From an uncultured Lentisphaerota bacterium (GTDB taxonomy: Bacteria > Verrucomicrobiota > Kiritimatiellia > RFP12 > UBA1067), in assembly GCA_900321255.1 (NCBI GenBank), contig ONVK01000030.1, positions 848-64,847 of the forward strand: DNA of 64,000 nt, given 5' to 3'. Below, piece after piece: positions 23,411 to 32,845 of this stretch. The notes under the pieces were generated by a model that worked only from the letters and a program-made list of their open reading frames with translations, was not told the origin of the DNA and did no database searches. Each line of letters starts with the position of its first letter. Position 1 is the first letter of the stretch. The position numbers and the translations under genes are program-made.

Positions 23411-24754
23411 TCAGTCATCGGAAAGCTTCCTGTATAAGGTTGACAGATTTACCTTCAGCGTCTCCGCCGCCTTTTCCTTATCGCCACCGGTATTGCTAAG
23501 AATCTGCTCAATATATTCACGTTCTTTTTGCTTTAGGAACGACTTAAGCGATGCATTTGTAGAGCCTTCGGGCACATTCTGTGCCGATTTATACTCGGCT
23601 ATCTTCTGCGGCAACAGTTCGCGCGTTATTTCGCCGCCACGGTAGAAAGTCAACGCATGCTTTATAGCATTCTCAAGTTCCCGCACATTACCCGGCCAAT
23701 CGTATGCCGTCAATGCCTTTGCGGCATCTGCGGAAATTTCAGGTGCCGGCGACACACCATCGTGTTCAGTGCGGATAAAGTGCCGCGCAAGCGGAATAAT
23801 GTCTTCGGGGCGTTTCCTCAAGGGCGGTATATCAATCGTTATAACCGCAAAACGATAATAAAGATCGCTTCTGAACGTCCCCTTGACGACTGCCTCCTCA
23901 AGGTTTACGTTGGATGCCGCAATCACCCTGACATCAACTGGGATGGATTTAGTTCCCCCAACACGGCGTATCTCCTTCTCCTGAAGCACGCGGAGCAACT
24001 TGCCCTGCAGATGGAGCGGCATTGAAGATATCTCGTCAAGGAACAGCGTCCCCCCATTGGCCGCCTCGAAAAGGCCCTCCTTGTCAGCTACAGCCCCAGT
24101 AAAACTGCCCTTTACATGGCCAAACATTTCACTTTCAAGGAGATTCTCTGGTATCGCCGCACAGTTCACCGCAACCCAGGGGCGCCTTGCGCGCGTGGAG
24201 TTGCGATGTATGGTCTTTGCGATAACTTCCTTGCCCGTACCGCTTTCGCCTATGATTAGCACTGTCGCAGCCGTTGGAGCCACCTTCTGTATCGTCTCGC
24301 AGACGCTCGTCATCAGAGTCGACGAGGCAATGAAATTCTCGAAGCGATATTTCACAGAGGGCTCCGAAATCGCAGCCGTCACCGCGGACTTTGATATCCG
24401 GTCCTCGGCACGCTTGAGACACGCAATAAGGTCGTCAACCTTGAATGGCTTCGTCAGATAGTCGAAAATCCCGCTCTTCATCGCCTCGATAGCCGTCTCC
24501 ACGCTTGCATAGGCGGTAAGAAGGATGACCGGCATGGAAGGCGCGATGTTCTTGATTTCGCGAAAGAGAGTCATCCCGTCCATCGGCGTCATGCGCAAAT
24601 CGGTGATGGCAATGTCTATGCCGCCCTTTCGCACAATGTCAAGAGCTGCACTGCCATCGCGCGCTGTTTCGACAACATAGCCGTTTGCCTTCAGCAGGCT
24701 CTGGAGCAGAAGAAGTATCCGTGGCTCGTCATCGACTATGAGAATCTTCGACAT
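23411..24754 (-). CDS. sigma-54-dependent response regulator (NtrC/PilR family: REC + AAA+ + Fis-type HTH)
   Basis: Start set at ATG 24754 (MSKILIVDDEP). GESGTGKE, GSFTGA (GAFTGA-type loop), and C-terminal AAETLKVNLSTLYRKL. Confidence 0.9.
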   Translation of the reverse strand: MSKILIVDDEPRILLLLQSLLKANGYVVETARDGSAALDIVRKGGIDIAITDLRMTPMDGMTLFREIKNIAPSMPVILLTAYASVETAIEAMKSGIFDYLTKPFKVDDLIACLKRAEDRISKSAVTAAISEPSVKYRFENFIASSTLMTSVCETIQKVAPTAATVLIIGESGTGKEVIAKTIHRNSTRARRPWVAVNCAAIPENLLESEMFGHVKGSFTGAVADKEGLFEAANGGTLFLDEISSMPLHLQGKLLRVLQEKEIRRVGGTKSIPVDVRVIAASNVNLEEAVVKGTFRSDLYYRFAVITIDIPPLRKRPEDIIPLARHFIRTEHDGVSPAPEISADAAKALTAYDWPGNVRELENAIKHALTFYRGGEITRELLPQKIAEYKSAQNVPEGSTNASLKSFLKQKEREYIEQILSNTGGDKEKAAETLKVNLSTLYRKLSDD

Positions 24755-24761
24755 GGAGAGA

Positions 24762-24770
24762 ATTATACTA
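24762..24770 (-). promoter_or_regulatory. -10 box TAGTATAAT, 7 nt from ATG 24754 (leaderless arrangement)
   Basis: The minus strand reads TAGTATAAT-TCTCTCC-ATG. Confidence 0.4.
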
Positions 24771-24797
24771 CAAAATTTCACAATCGGCAAGCGCGAG

Positions 24798-24813
24798 TGG
24801 CACACAATTTGCT
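24798..24813 (+). promoter_or_regulatory. sigma-54 (-24/-12) promoter for the pilMNOPQ-like operon
   Basis: The plus strand reads TGGCAC-ACAAT-TTGCT, a perfect consensus. It ends 15 nt before the GTG at 24829. Confidence 0.7.
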
Positions 24814-24828
24814 AAAATATGTCTCGAC

Positions 24829-26028
24829 GTGAAACTGCAACTGACAAAAGACAAGACGATCGAGATAAAATTCCCCTCCGGCGGCGGAGCGAAATCTGCC
24901 GGGGACATCACGGGCATAGAGCTTTTCGCCCCTGGCGAGACGGGCTGCCCCGCAGTACGTCTCATCAGGAAAAAAAAGGGATGGCACATTGCGGCGACGG
25001 GGTTCGTCAAGTCTCCTGACGGCGAGCTGCCGATGCGATGGGAAGACACCCCCCATCAGCCGATATGGGAAATGCCGAGGGAGTTCACCTCTCCGCACGC
25101 GGCGCTCGCGGCGAATTCACCGATGGCGACATTCGCCCAGTCCACCGCAGACGCCGTGGTGCAGGACATGATGTCCGGCCTGCCCGCGCAGGACATAAAG
25201 TCCGCGTTGTCGGAAAAAACCTCCCTTGACGGCAAGAAGCGTTTCGGCATCAAGCGCGACCAGCCTGCGGCGCAACCCCAGAAGCCTGCGACTACGCCTG
25301 AAGCCTCTGCCCACAGGCCCGAATTCCCCGAAGCAGGGAAGCCAGTATCGGAGAACGGCCGTCGGTTCGTTGTGCGTCCAATGGCCGAGGAGAACTTCCA
25401 CCTCTGCGCCTCGCTGCCTGAATTTCAGACGCTGTGGCTGTCAAGGCTTCTCCCCGAGGGAAAGCGCCCAACCGCCTCGTCGATACAGGTGTCGGAGTCC
25501 GCGCTGATGGCGAGCATTCTGCTGCAGCCCGAGTTCATTGCCGCCGACGGCAGCGCTCTCGCGATATTCGCAAGGCCCGACTCGACCTACCTCGCCGGGT
25601 ACAAGAAAGGCGAACCCGTTCTCTGGCGGCGCTGCCCAGGCGTGGGCGGCACGCTCGCGATGCGGGAAACCGTGCGCGCCACCCTCGGTCTCGACGAAGA
25701 GCTTGTCGACTCAGTCCTCAACGAGTCGCTCATCGACCCTCGCCCCGCCCTTGAGCCGTTCGTAAGGCCCATCCTCGGGCAGCTCTCGCTATCGCTTGAC
25801 TATCTGGCCGGCAAGCACGGCCTCAAATTTGACCATGCATTTCTGATGGGAATAGGAGCGGGCGCCGCACACTGGTCGGCCTATGCAGAGGAGTCGCTGC
25901 ACCTGAAGCTCCTCTCCCCCGATCCGTTCGAGGGGCTTGTGGTTGACAAGGGCGTTGATTCGGGCAACGCCTCGCGTCAGCTCGTCGCGCTCGGCGCCGC
26001 AATAGCCGGAATGGAGGCGACGACATGA
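24829..26028 (+). CDS. PilM-like (actin-fold) pilus/secretion assembly protein, divergent
   Basis: GTG start. The C-terminal half resembles PilM (VGGTLAMRETVRATLGLDEE..., FLMGIGAGAAHW). First gene of a five-gene, 4-nt-overlap operon ending in a secretin. The start codon is uncertain because of its closeness to the sigma-54 promoter. Confidence 0.55.
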   Translation: MKLQLTKDKTIEIKFPSGGGAKSAGDITGIELFAPGETGCPAVRLIRKKKGWHIAATGFVKSPDGELPMRWEDTPHQPIWEMPREFTSPHAALAANSPMATFAQSTADAVVQDMMSGLPAQDIKSALSEKTSLDGKKRFGIKRDQPAAQPQKPATTPEASAHRPEFPEAGKPVSENGRRFVVRPMAEENFHLCASLPEFQTLWLSRLLPEGKRPTASSIQVSESALMASILLQPEFIAADGSALAIFARPDSTYLAGYKKGEPVLWRRCPGVGGTLAMRETVRATLGLDEELVDSVLNESLIDPRPALEPFVRPILGQLSLSLDYLAGKHGLKFDHAFLMGIGAGAAHWSAYAEESLHLKLLSPDPFEGLVVDKGVDSGNASRQLVALGAAIAGMEATT

Positions 26029-26675
26029 AAACAGCCGCCTTTCACCTGAATCTCCTCAAGTCAAACGAGGTTCTCTCTTCGTCGCCCGTACGCCTCAGGG
26101 TAATGCTCCCTGTCGGCGCCCTTCTCGCCTGCGTCGGCCTGCTCGTCTGGTGGGGCGTTCTCTTCACCCAGATATTCCTTGCGAAAACTCAAGCACGAAG
26201 CATCAAGGAAGACCTCGCAACGAAAAACAGCGCGCACGCCGAGGCTATACAGAAGCGCGAAACTGCGCGCGAGCTCAAACAGCAGCTCGAACAGCTCGAG
26301 TTCTACAAGGCGGGCGTACGCGCAATAGGAGCGCCGCTCGCAAAGTTCGCCGAGGTTGTTCCGATGAGAGTCCAGCTGAAAGAGCTTTCGATATCCAAAC
26401 CGCGGCCACAGGTTCTTATGCCGCCCGGGGCAAAAGTTCCCCTCTTCGGGCCAATAGAGAACGTCGAAACCCAGAAGCTCGTAATCGTAGGGCTCGCCAC
26501 AAAGGAAACGCCCGTCGTTTCGCTTATGGAGTCGCTTGAGAGCGGCTTCGAAACGCTCGTGACGGGCGAACACAACGTCAACTCCTTCAAGCAGGACAAC
26601 ACCGAGATTGACGGCAAGCGGCTCCTCAGCTTTGAAATCGAATACTCCATGCCGGGAAGGAGGTTCGCGAAATGA
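26025..26675 (+). CDS. PilN-like bitopic assembly protein
   Basis: N-terminal HLNLLK motif, one TM helix, a coiled-coil, and its position after the PilM-like gene. Confidence 0.6.
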   Translation: MKTAAFHLNLLKSNEVLSSSPVRLRVMLPVGALLACVGLLVWWGVLFTQIFLAKTQARSIKEDLATKNSAHAEAIQKRETARELKQQLEQLEFYKAGVRAIGAPLAKFAEVVPMRVQLKELSISKPRPQVLMPPGAKVPLFGPIENVETQKLVIVGLATKETPVVSLMESLESGFETLVTGEHNVNSFKQDNTEIDGKRLLSFEIEYSMPGRRFAK

Positions 26676-27271
26676 ACAGCGGCGTCTTCCAGAACATGGC
26701 TCCGAACGCGAAGCGCTCGTTCCTCGTGACTGCCATTTTTGCAGCCCTCGCAACGGTTATATATCTATTCTGCGTCCAGCCGTCCACCTCCGAGCTTGAA
26801 AAAGCGAAACAGGAACTTTCGGAACTCCAGGACAGGCAATACAGAACCGACCTTGACCTGAAGCGCTCAAACACGGTCGCAAAAGATCTTTCCGAGCTCG
26901 AAGCGGCTCTCAAGCCATATCGCGACGCGATGCTCGTCCCGCTCCTTGAATCCTACTCGATGCGGGCAAAGACCATTATCGATCCACTCGCCCTCGGCGC
27001 GGGGCTCAACAACGTGACCTACTCGGACGAGCCGTTCCGCGCTCTCCCGCTGCCGGCGCCGATGCCGCGCCAGCTCCACACGCGCGCAGCGGTAATGCTT
27101 ACGGCGACAGGCAGCTATCAACAGGCCGTGTCGTTTTTGCTCCGTCTTGAAAAAGAGCTGCCGCTCGTTTCGCTGCGGCAATTGCAGATCACGGCTCAAC
27201 AAGATCCACGATCTCAATCCGTGTCCATGGTTCTCGAATGGCCGGCAAAAGGAGGCTTGACGCGCAAATGA
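26672..27271 (+). CDS. PilO-like bitopic assembly protein
   Basis: One TM helix followed by a coiled-coil (ELEKAKQELSELQD), and its position in the operon. Confidence 0.55.
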   Translation: MNSGVFQNMAPNAKRSFLVTAIFAALATVIYLFCVQPSTSELEKAKQELSELQDRQYRTDLDLKRSNTVAKDLSELEAALKPYRDAMLVPLLESYSMRAKTIIDPLALGAGLNNVTYSDEPFRALPLPAPMPRQLHTRAAVMLTATGSYQQAVSFLLRLEKELPLVSLRQLQITAQQDPRSQSVSMVLEWPAKGGLTRK

Positions 27272-27741
27272 GCCCAATGATTATCATAGCGGCGATTGCC
27301 GTGAGGAATCCCTTCTGGCCCATCGGCTTTGCCGGGGAACGGGAGGTCATAAGCGCCGAGCCGACGGTCGAAGTCAATATCGCCGCGGTCCCCACCGACG
27401 AAGACACCGCAACGGCGGGGGCTGTCGCGCGGTCGTCGCAGACGATATCGGACCGTCACTGGAGCGACGCCAGAAAGACGCTTAAGACGAGCGGGATCGT
27501 GGTCATAACGGGCCAGGACGGCGCCAAACGACAGTGCATACTTATCAACGGCCTCGCCTATGGAGACGGCGACCTCGTCTCAGTGAACCACAACGGGCAC
27601 AGATTCACATGGCGCGTAAAGGGGCTTACGAACAGGGACACCATAAAGCTCGTGCGCGTCCGCGTCAAGACGATCGAAAACGACAATATAGACGAAAGCA
27701 AGCTTAAAGACATCCTCGAAAAGAAGGAGAACAAGAAATGA
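27268..27741 (+). CDS. PilP-like small assembly protein
   Basis: Start set at ATG 27268 (ATGA overlap, AAAGGAGG RBS). NPFWP motif after the N-terminal hydrophobic segment, and its position before the secretin. Confidence 0.5.
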   Translation: MSPMIIIAAIAVRNPFWPIGFAGEREVISAEPTVEVNIAAVPTDEDTATAGAVARSSQTISDRHWSDARKTLKTSGIVVITGQDGAKRQCILINGLAYGDGDLVSVNHNGHRFTWRVKGLTNRDTIKLVRVRVKTIENDNIDESKLKDILEKKENKK

Positions 27742-29744
27742 AGTGCCTAACAGCGACATTGTTCGCATTGATGATCTCGGCGGCAACGGCCCTGGAACCG
27801 GCTGGCGCAGTCGACGAGACGTCCGCTCCAGCCCCCGTCGAGCCCTCGGCATCGCTGCAGGACGAAGGAACCGACGAGATCGACCTTGAAGAAGACGACT
27901 CGGCGATCGCTGCAAAAAAGCCGCAGATAAAAGGAGAGATGTCGGAGGGCACCATGTCGCTCGTCGACATAGACTGCGACGACGCGACGCTCGCAGACAT
28001 TCTCCGCCAGTTCAGGAAGACTACCGGCGCAAACATAATCTCCGACGACTCCACTAATCTGCAGCGGCGCGTCTCCGTGTCGCTCAGGCACGTTCCGTGG
28101 CTGCAGGGCATGACGGCGATCCTCGGCTCGCGAGGTTTTCGCGTGGAGATCAGAGACAACATCTACCGTGTCGTCGAAGACCTGCAGCTTATCCCAGTCT
28201 CGACGAGGACATTCAGACTCAACCACGCGTCCGCAAAGGAACTTGCCGATCTCTTCAACGCGACATACGCGCCAAAGGACCCTGCCGGGAAGATCAAGTC
28301 ACCGATCGCCTCGAGCTTCCCTGGGGCGAATGTCGTAGTCGTCACGACCACCGACAAAATACTCTCCGACTGCGAGGCGATCATAGCAGCGGTAGACGAG
28401 GCTGTTGCGCAGATCTACATCGAAGCGCGATTCATCGAGCTTTCGACCGAGGCGCTGCACAAGCTCGGCATGCAGTGGAACTCCCTTGAAAGCTGGGGCG
28501 CTTCCGTGAGGAACATCAACGGCGGATGGGAATACAACAGCGGACGGTCGGCATACTACGGTTCGCAGATATCCACCAGGACCTCAACACGCAGCCCGTC
28601 TTCCACAACCTCCGTTGACGGAGATGGCAAGACAACGCAGCAAACTTCAACCCAGATCAGCGATTCATCAACCTACACGGGCATCATGCCTACCACGCTT
28701 GGAGCCGCCACCGGCGCAGGCAGGGCGGCGGAGGACATGGCGTGGCACAACGCGCGCGGCTTTTCGGGGCAGCTCTCGATGGACGACTTCCGCCTCGCCA
28801 TGAGCGCATTCGAGCAGATGTCCGACGCTAAGATATTCTCCAACCCGAAGATCATCGTGTCGAACGGCAAGGAAGCCAAGGTCGACATGACGACAAAGTA
28901 CCCGAACGTCACCATCGACTCGAACTACACGGGGCAGAACTCCCAGAACCTCTCGATCTCGACGAAGCTCGACACGATCCCGGGCGAGGACAAGTTCATG
29001 TTCGCGAAGGAGGCGTTCTTCAGCTGGGGCATACAGCTTTCCGTGACGCCGCGCATCTCGCCCGACGGCCTCATCTCCGTCGAAATCGTCCCGACGATCA
29101 GCGACTGCACCGGCTACCTCACCGTCAACTCGAGCCAGGAGACAGATACGCCATACACGCAGTACCCGATCATCGAGGTGAAGCGCCTCACGACCGAGTT
29201 CACGATGAAGGACGGCGCCACGGCGGTGATCGGCGGTCTCTCGAAGACGGTCGAGGAAGACGTCGATTCCGGCATCCCGTTCCTCCGCAAGATCCCCTGG
29301 GTCGGCCCGAAGCTCTTCGGCTGGAAGAGCCGCCAGAAGGACCAAAAGGAGATTCTCGTGTTCGTGACCGTCGGAATCGCCGATCCGTCCAATCTCCCGA
29401 AGGACATCGGACTTCCCAAGAACGCCATACTCGGCCGCGAATTCGTACGCGGCAACAAGCTCGAGCCAGGCGATCGCGAAGACGGCGGAGCGAAGGTCCT
29501 CAAGCTCGACATGTCTCCCGTCGAAAGCCGCGGCAAGAATCGCAAAGACAAGGAATCCGGCGAAATCAGGAAAGGCGAAGTGAGGATTACGCCCGCCGAG
29601 CCCCTCGTCACGACGCTCGCGGAAGAATCGCTGCGCCAGGAAGAACCTGTGCCGGCGGAAGAGCCGCCGGCGCCTGTCGAGGTCGAGGCGCCAGCCGCAG
29701 AGCCTGAGCCGGCCGAAAAACCGGCAGGCGGCGACAATCAGTGA
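27738..29744 (+). CDS. pilQ: secretin (PilQ/GspD family) with a Ser/Thr-rich insert and a Pro/Glu-rich C-terminal tail
   Basis: Signal peptide. N0-like ATLADILRQFRKTTGANII. Secretin core AQIYIEARFIELS..., ATAVIGGL..., GIPFLRKIPWVGPLF-type motif (IPFLRKIPWVGPKLFGW). Confidence 0.85.
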   Translation: MKCLTATLFALMISAATALEPAGAVDETSAPAPVEPSASLQDEGTDEIDLEEDDSAIAAKKPQIKGEMSEGTMSLVDIDCDDATLADILRQFRKTTGANIISDDSTNLQRRVSVSLRHVPWLQGMTAILGSRGFRVEIRDNIYRVVEDLQLIPVSTRTFRLNHASAKELADLFNATYAPKDPAGKIKSPIASSFPGANVVVVTTTDKILSDCEAIIAAVDEAVAQIYIEARFIELSTEALHKLGMQWNSLESWGASVRNINGGWEYNSGRSAYYGSQISTRTSTRSPSSTTSVDGDGKTTQQTSTQISDSSTYTGIMPTTLGAATGAGRAAEDMAWHNARGFSGQLSMDDFRLAMSAFEQMSDAKIFSNPKIIVSNGKEAKVDMTTKYPNVTIDSNYTGQNSQNLSISTKLDTIPGEDKFMFAKEAFFSWGIQLSVTPRISPDGLISVEIVPTISDCTGYLTVNSSQETDTPYTQYPIIEVKRLTTEFTMKDGATAVIGGLSKTVEEDVDSGIPFLRKIPWVGPKLFGWKSRQKDQKEILVFVTVGIADPSNLPKDIGLPKNAILGREFVRGNKLEPGDREDGGAKVLKLDMSPVESRGKNRKDKESGEIRKGEVRITPAEPLVTTLAEESLRQEEPVPAEEPPAPVEVEAPAAEPEPAEKPAGGDNQ

Positions 29745-31156
29745 CGCCGCTCCGACGTTCCCGGAATGCCCAGGATGGCGCGGTACTTCGCGACCGTCCT
29801 GCGTGCGACCGGGAACCCTTCTTTCTTTAGCATCTCCGAAATCCTGTCGTCGGAGAGCGGATGTGACCTGTCTTCTCCCGCGATAATCGCGGCAAGCCGG
29901 TCGCGAAGCGCGTCCTTCGTGACCTGCTCGCCCGAGTCGGTGGTGATTCCCGACGTAAAGAACTTCCTGAGCTCGACAGTCCCCTTCGGCGTGGAGGCGT
30001 ATTTGTCGCGGACGGTGCGCGACACCGTCGCGTGGTGAACGCCCGTCTTCTCGGCGATCTCCTGCATCGTAAGCGGCCTCAGGCCCTTGAGCCCCTTCTC
30101 GAAGAATCCCGGCTGCGCGTCGAAGATCGCCTGGGCGATGTCGGTGATCGTCTGCTGGCGGCGTTCAACGGCCTCGACGAGCGAATTGGCGGCGGCTATG
30201 CGCTGGCGGATGTAGCTCTTCGTCTCCTTGTCGACGTTCGGATCCGCAAGCATCTTCAAGTACTTCGGCGAGATGTGCACCTCGGGAAGGCTCCTGTCGT
30301 CGACTCTCGCCTCCCAGCCCTCGTCGGTCTTGACGGCATGCACCTCCGGATGCACATAGCTGACCGACTTGCCCGCAAGGTCGTATGCGCGTCCAGGCCG
30401 TGGCTCGAGCGTCCGGAGCTCCCTCAGGACATCAGCATAGCGCTCGTGGGAAATGCCGAGATCACGCTCAATGACGGCGATGCGCCCTTCCGCCATGTCC
30501 TCGAAGTGGCGCTCTATGAGCGCGCGTACGTCATCCTGGTACGGCGAGCCGTCGAGCTTGTCCATCTGCGCGAGCAGGCATTCCTGAGGCGTCCTCGCTC
30601 CGCAGCCGGGAGGGTCGAGCTGCATTATCTGCTTGAGGACGGCGACTATCTTCTCCTCACTCTCGCCCGAAACCATCACAATGTCGGGGATCGAGCCGAC
30701 GAAACGCCCGTCGGCGTTCAGCTCGCCTATCAACATCTCCGCAAGAGGCAGGTCTTTCTCGTCGATGTCCGACATCTTGAGCTGCGCGAGCAGGTGCTCC
30801 TCAAGCGTTTCCTCCTTCGTCTGCCTGTCGAAGAACCGCTGTCGCCTCTCGTCCGCATCCTCGTCCCGAGTTATCGCGGCGGCCGCGCCGAACTCTGGCT
30901 CGTAGTCCTCTTCTGACAAACCGGACTCGTCGACGCTCTCGTCTCTCTCCATCTCGCGGACCTTCTCCGAGACGGTCGTCTTCTCGAGACTCGCCTCTAT
31001 GTCCTCGATGCAGGGGTTGCGGCTCATCTCCTCGTGGAGACGCTGCCTGAGCTCGGGGAGGCTCATCGCGAGAAGCTCAAGACCCTGCCGCATCTGCGGC
31101 GCAAGCGTCTGGCTCTGCGTCAGCCTCTGCCGTAGTTCGCCTGAAAGCCCGGGCAT
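29738..31156 (-). CDS. rpoN: RNA polymerase sigma-54 factor
   Basis: N-terminal Gln/Leu-rich region (QSQTLAPQMRQGLELL) and C-terminal RpoN box ARRTVAKYR. 1-nt overlap (TAATG) with the upstream ATPase gene. Confidence 0.92.
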   Translation of the reverse strand: MPGLSGELRQRLTQSQTLAPQMRQGLELLAMSLPELRQRLHEEMSRNPCIEDIEASLEKTTVSEKVREMERDESVDESGLSEEDYEPEFGAAAAITRDEDADERRQRFFDRQTKEETLEEHLLAQLKMSDIDEKDLPLAEMLIGELNADGRFVGSIPDIVMVSGESEEKIVAVLKQIMQLDPPGCGARTPQECLLAQMDKLDGSPYQDDVRALIERHFEDMAEGRIAVIERDLGISHERYADVLRELRTLEPRPGRAYDLAGKSVSYVHPEVHAVKTDEGWEARVDDRSLPEVHISPKYLKMLADPNVDKETKSYIRQRIAAANSLVEAVERRQQTITDIAQAIFDAQPGFFEKGLKGLRPLTMQEIAEKTGVHHATVSRTVRDKYASTPKGTVELRKFFTSGITTDSGEQVTKDALRDRLAAIIAGEDRSHPLSDDRISEMLKKEGFPVARRTVAKYRAILGIPGTSERRH

Positions 31157-32844
31157 TACTGCTCTTCCGTGACGCGCATGACCTCTTTTACGCTCGTGAC
31201 GCCGGCGAAAACCTTCGCCCAGCCGTCCTCGCGCAGGGTCTTCATGCCCTTTGAAAGGGAAATGTTCCTGATCTGCGTGGCGTTCTCGCGGCGCACTATC
31301 GCGCCCTCGATGTCTTCGTCGACCTCAAGCACCTCGAAGAGCGCGCGGCGCCCCTTGTAGCCGGTCCTGGTGCAGGAGTCGCAGCCCGCCGGCTCGAACA
31401 CCGTGTCCCTCTCGGGCGGCACGTCGAGCGTGTAGTACTTCATGTCGAGCGGGACTTCCTTCCTGCACTGCGGACACAGGCGGCGGCAGAGGCGCTGGCC
31501 CATCACGCCGGCGACTGCAGACGCGATCAGGAACGGCTCAACGCCCATGTCGATCAGTCGCGGGAAAGCGCCTGCGGCGTCGTTGGTGTGCAGCGTAGAA
31601 AACACCATGTGGCCGGTGAGCGACGCGTTGATCGCGATTTCGGCCGTCTCGCGGTCGCGTATTTCGCCGACCATGATGATGTCGGGGTCCTGGCGCAGAA
31701 ACGCACGGAGGGCCCTCGCGAACGTCATGCCGATCTCGCTCTGCATCTGCACCTGGTTGATGCCGGCCATGTGGTATTCGATCGGGTCCTCGGCCGTCAT
31801 GATGCGGACGTCTATCTTGTTGACCTCGGAGAGGAACGAATAGAGCGAGGTCGACTTTCCCGAACCCGTCGGCCCCGTGACGAGGAAGATGCCGTTCGGC
31901 CGGTGGATGATCTTGTTGACGACGGCGTAGTCGCGTTCGTTGAAGCCGAGGTCGTCCATCTTGACGAAGTTGCCGCTCTTCGCGAGAAGTCGGAGGGAGA
32001 TCGACTCGCCGTATGCGGCGGGCATGGTCGACACGCGGATGTCGATGTCCTGCCCGGCGATGCGTATGCCTATGCGGCCGTCCATCGGCAGGCGCTTCTC
32101 TGCGATATCGAGGTTCGCCATGACCTTGATGCGTGAGATGATAGCGCTCTTGAGGCGGTTCAGCTGAGGCGGAACGTCGACCTTGTGGAGCATGCCGTCG
32201 ATGCGGTAGCGGATGCGGAGCTCCGTCTCCTGCGGCTCGATGTGGATATCGGTCGCGCCCTGGCGGTCGGCTTCTGCGATGATCTGGTTGACGAACTTGA
32301 CGATCGAGGCCTCCTCGCCCATCTCGTTGACGTCGATCTTCGTCATCGCGCCGATATCCTCGTCGACGGAATACCGGCCGTCCTCGATCATCTTCTCGAT
32401 CGCGTCCGCGCCGACGCCGTAGTACTTCTTTACGGCCTTCTCGACTTCCTCCCTGGGGGCGAGCGCAGTCTTGATCGTGCAACCGGCGACGAGCCTGAGG
32501 CCGTCCGCCGCGGCGGTGTCGAAGGGGTCCGAAGTGACGATCGTGAGCGACGTGCCGTCCGTCTTGAACGGCAGGACGTTGTACTGGTAGACCGCCGACG
32601 CCGGAAGTTTCGTGAGCGCGTCTGGATTCGGCTGCTGGTGCTCGAGATCCACCGTGTCAAGCCCGATGGCCCGGCCGACGGCGGCGAGGAAATCGGCTTC
32701 CTTCGCGCCGCCGAACTTCACGGCAGCCTCGGCGAGCCCCATGCCGGGATTCGCCGCGCGGTTGTCGGAGATGCGCTGAAGCTGCTCGTCGGAAAATATC
32801 CCGGCGGACTTCAGCAGCATGATCGCCAGAGAGTTCTCGCTCAT
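31156..32844 (-). CDS. GspE/PilB-family secretion/pilus assembly ATPase
   Basis: T2SSE N-terminal domain, Walker A GPTGSGKST, Asp/His boxes, and a tetracysteine CPQC...CDSC. Confidence 0.9.
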   Translation of the reverse strand: MSENSLAIMLLKSAGIFSDEQLQRISDNRAANPGMGLAEAAVKFGGAKEADFLAAVGRAIGLDTVDLEHQQPNPDALTKLPASAVYQYNVLPFKTDGTSLTIVTSDPFDTAAADGLRLVAGCTIKTALAPREEVEKAVKKYYGVGADAIEKMIEDGRYSVDEDIGAMTKIDVNEMGEEASIVKFVNQIIAEADRQGATDIHIEPQETELRIRYRIDGMLHKVDVPPQLNRLKSAIISRIKVMANLDIAEKRLPMDGRIGIRIAGQDIDIRVSTMPAAYGESISLRLLAKSGNFVKMDDLGFNERDYAVVNKIIHRPNGIFLVTGPTGSGKSTSLYSFLSEVNKIDVRIMTAEDPIEYHMAGINQVQMQSEIGMTFARALRAFLRQDPDIIMVGEIRDRETAEIAINASLTGHMVFSTLHTNDAAGAFPRLIDMGVEPFLIASAVAGVMGQRLCRRLCPQCRKEVPLDMKYYTLDVPPERDTVFEPAGCDSCTRTGYKGRRALFEVLEVDEDIEGAIVRRENATQIRNISLSKGMKTLREDGWAKVFAGVTSVKEVMRVTEEQ

Positions 32845-32845
32845 A

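Noticed and set aside
24819-25019. 66-aa ATG-initiated ORF immediately after the sigma-54 promoter
   Set aside because: It is out of frame with the PilM-like ORF and overlaps it. It is Arg-rich with no recognisable features. The PilM-like frame continues for 399 codons and couples by ATGA overlap to the next gene.
31538-32482. 314-aa minus-strand ORF, and the 36177..37358 and 38763..39785 plus-strand ORFs
   Set aside because: These are out-of-frame or antisense overlaps of the GspE/PilB ATPase, the M20 peptidase and the PP2C/kinase genes. Their translations are Arg/Asp/His-rich and non-protein-like.
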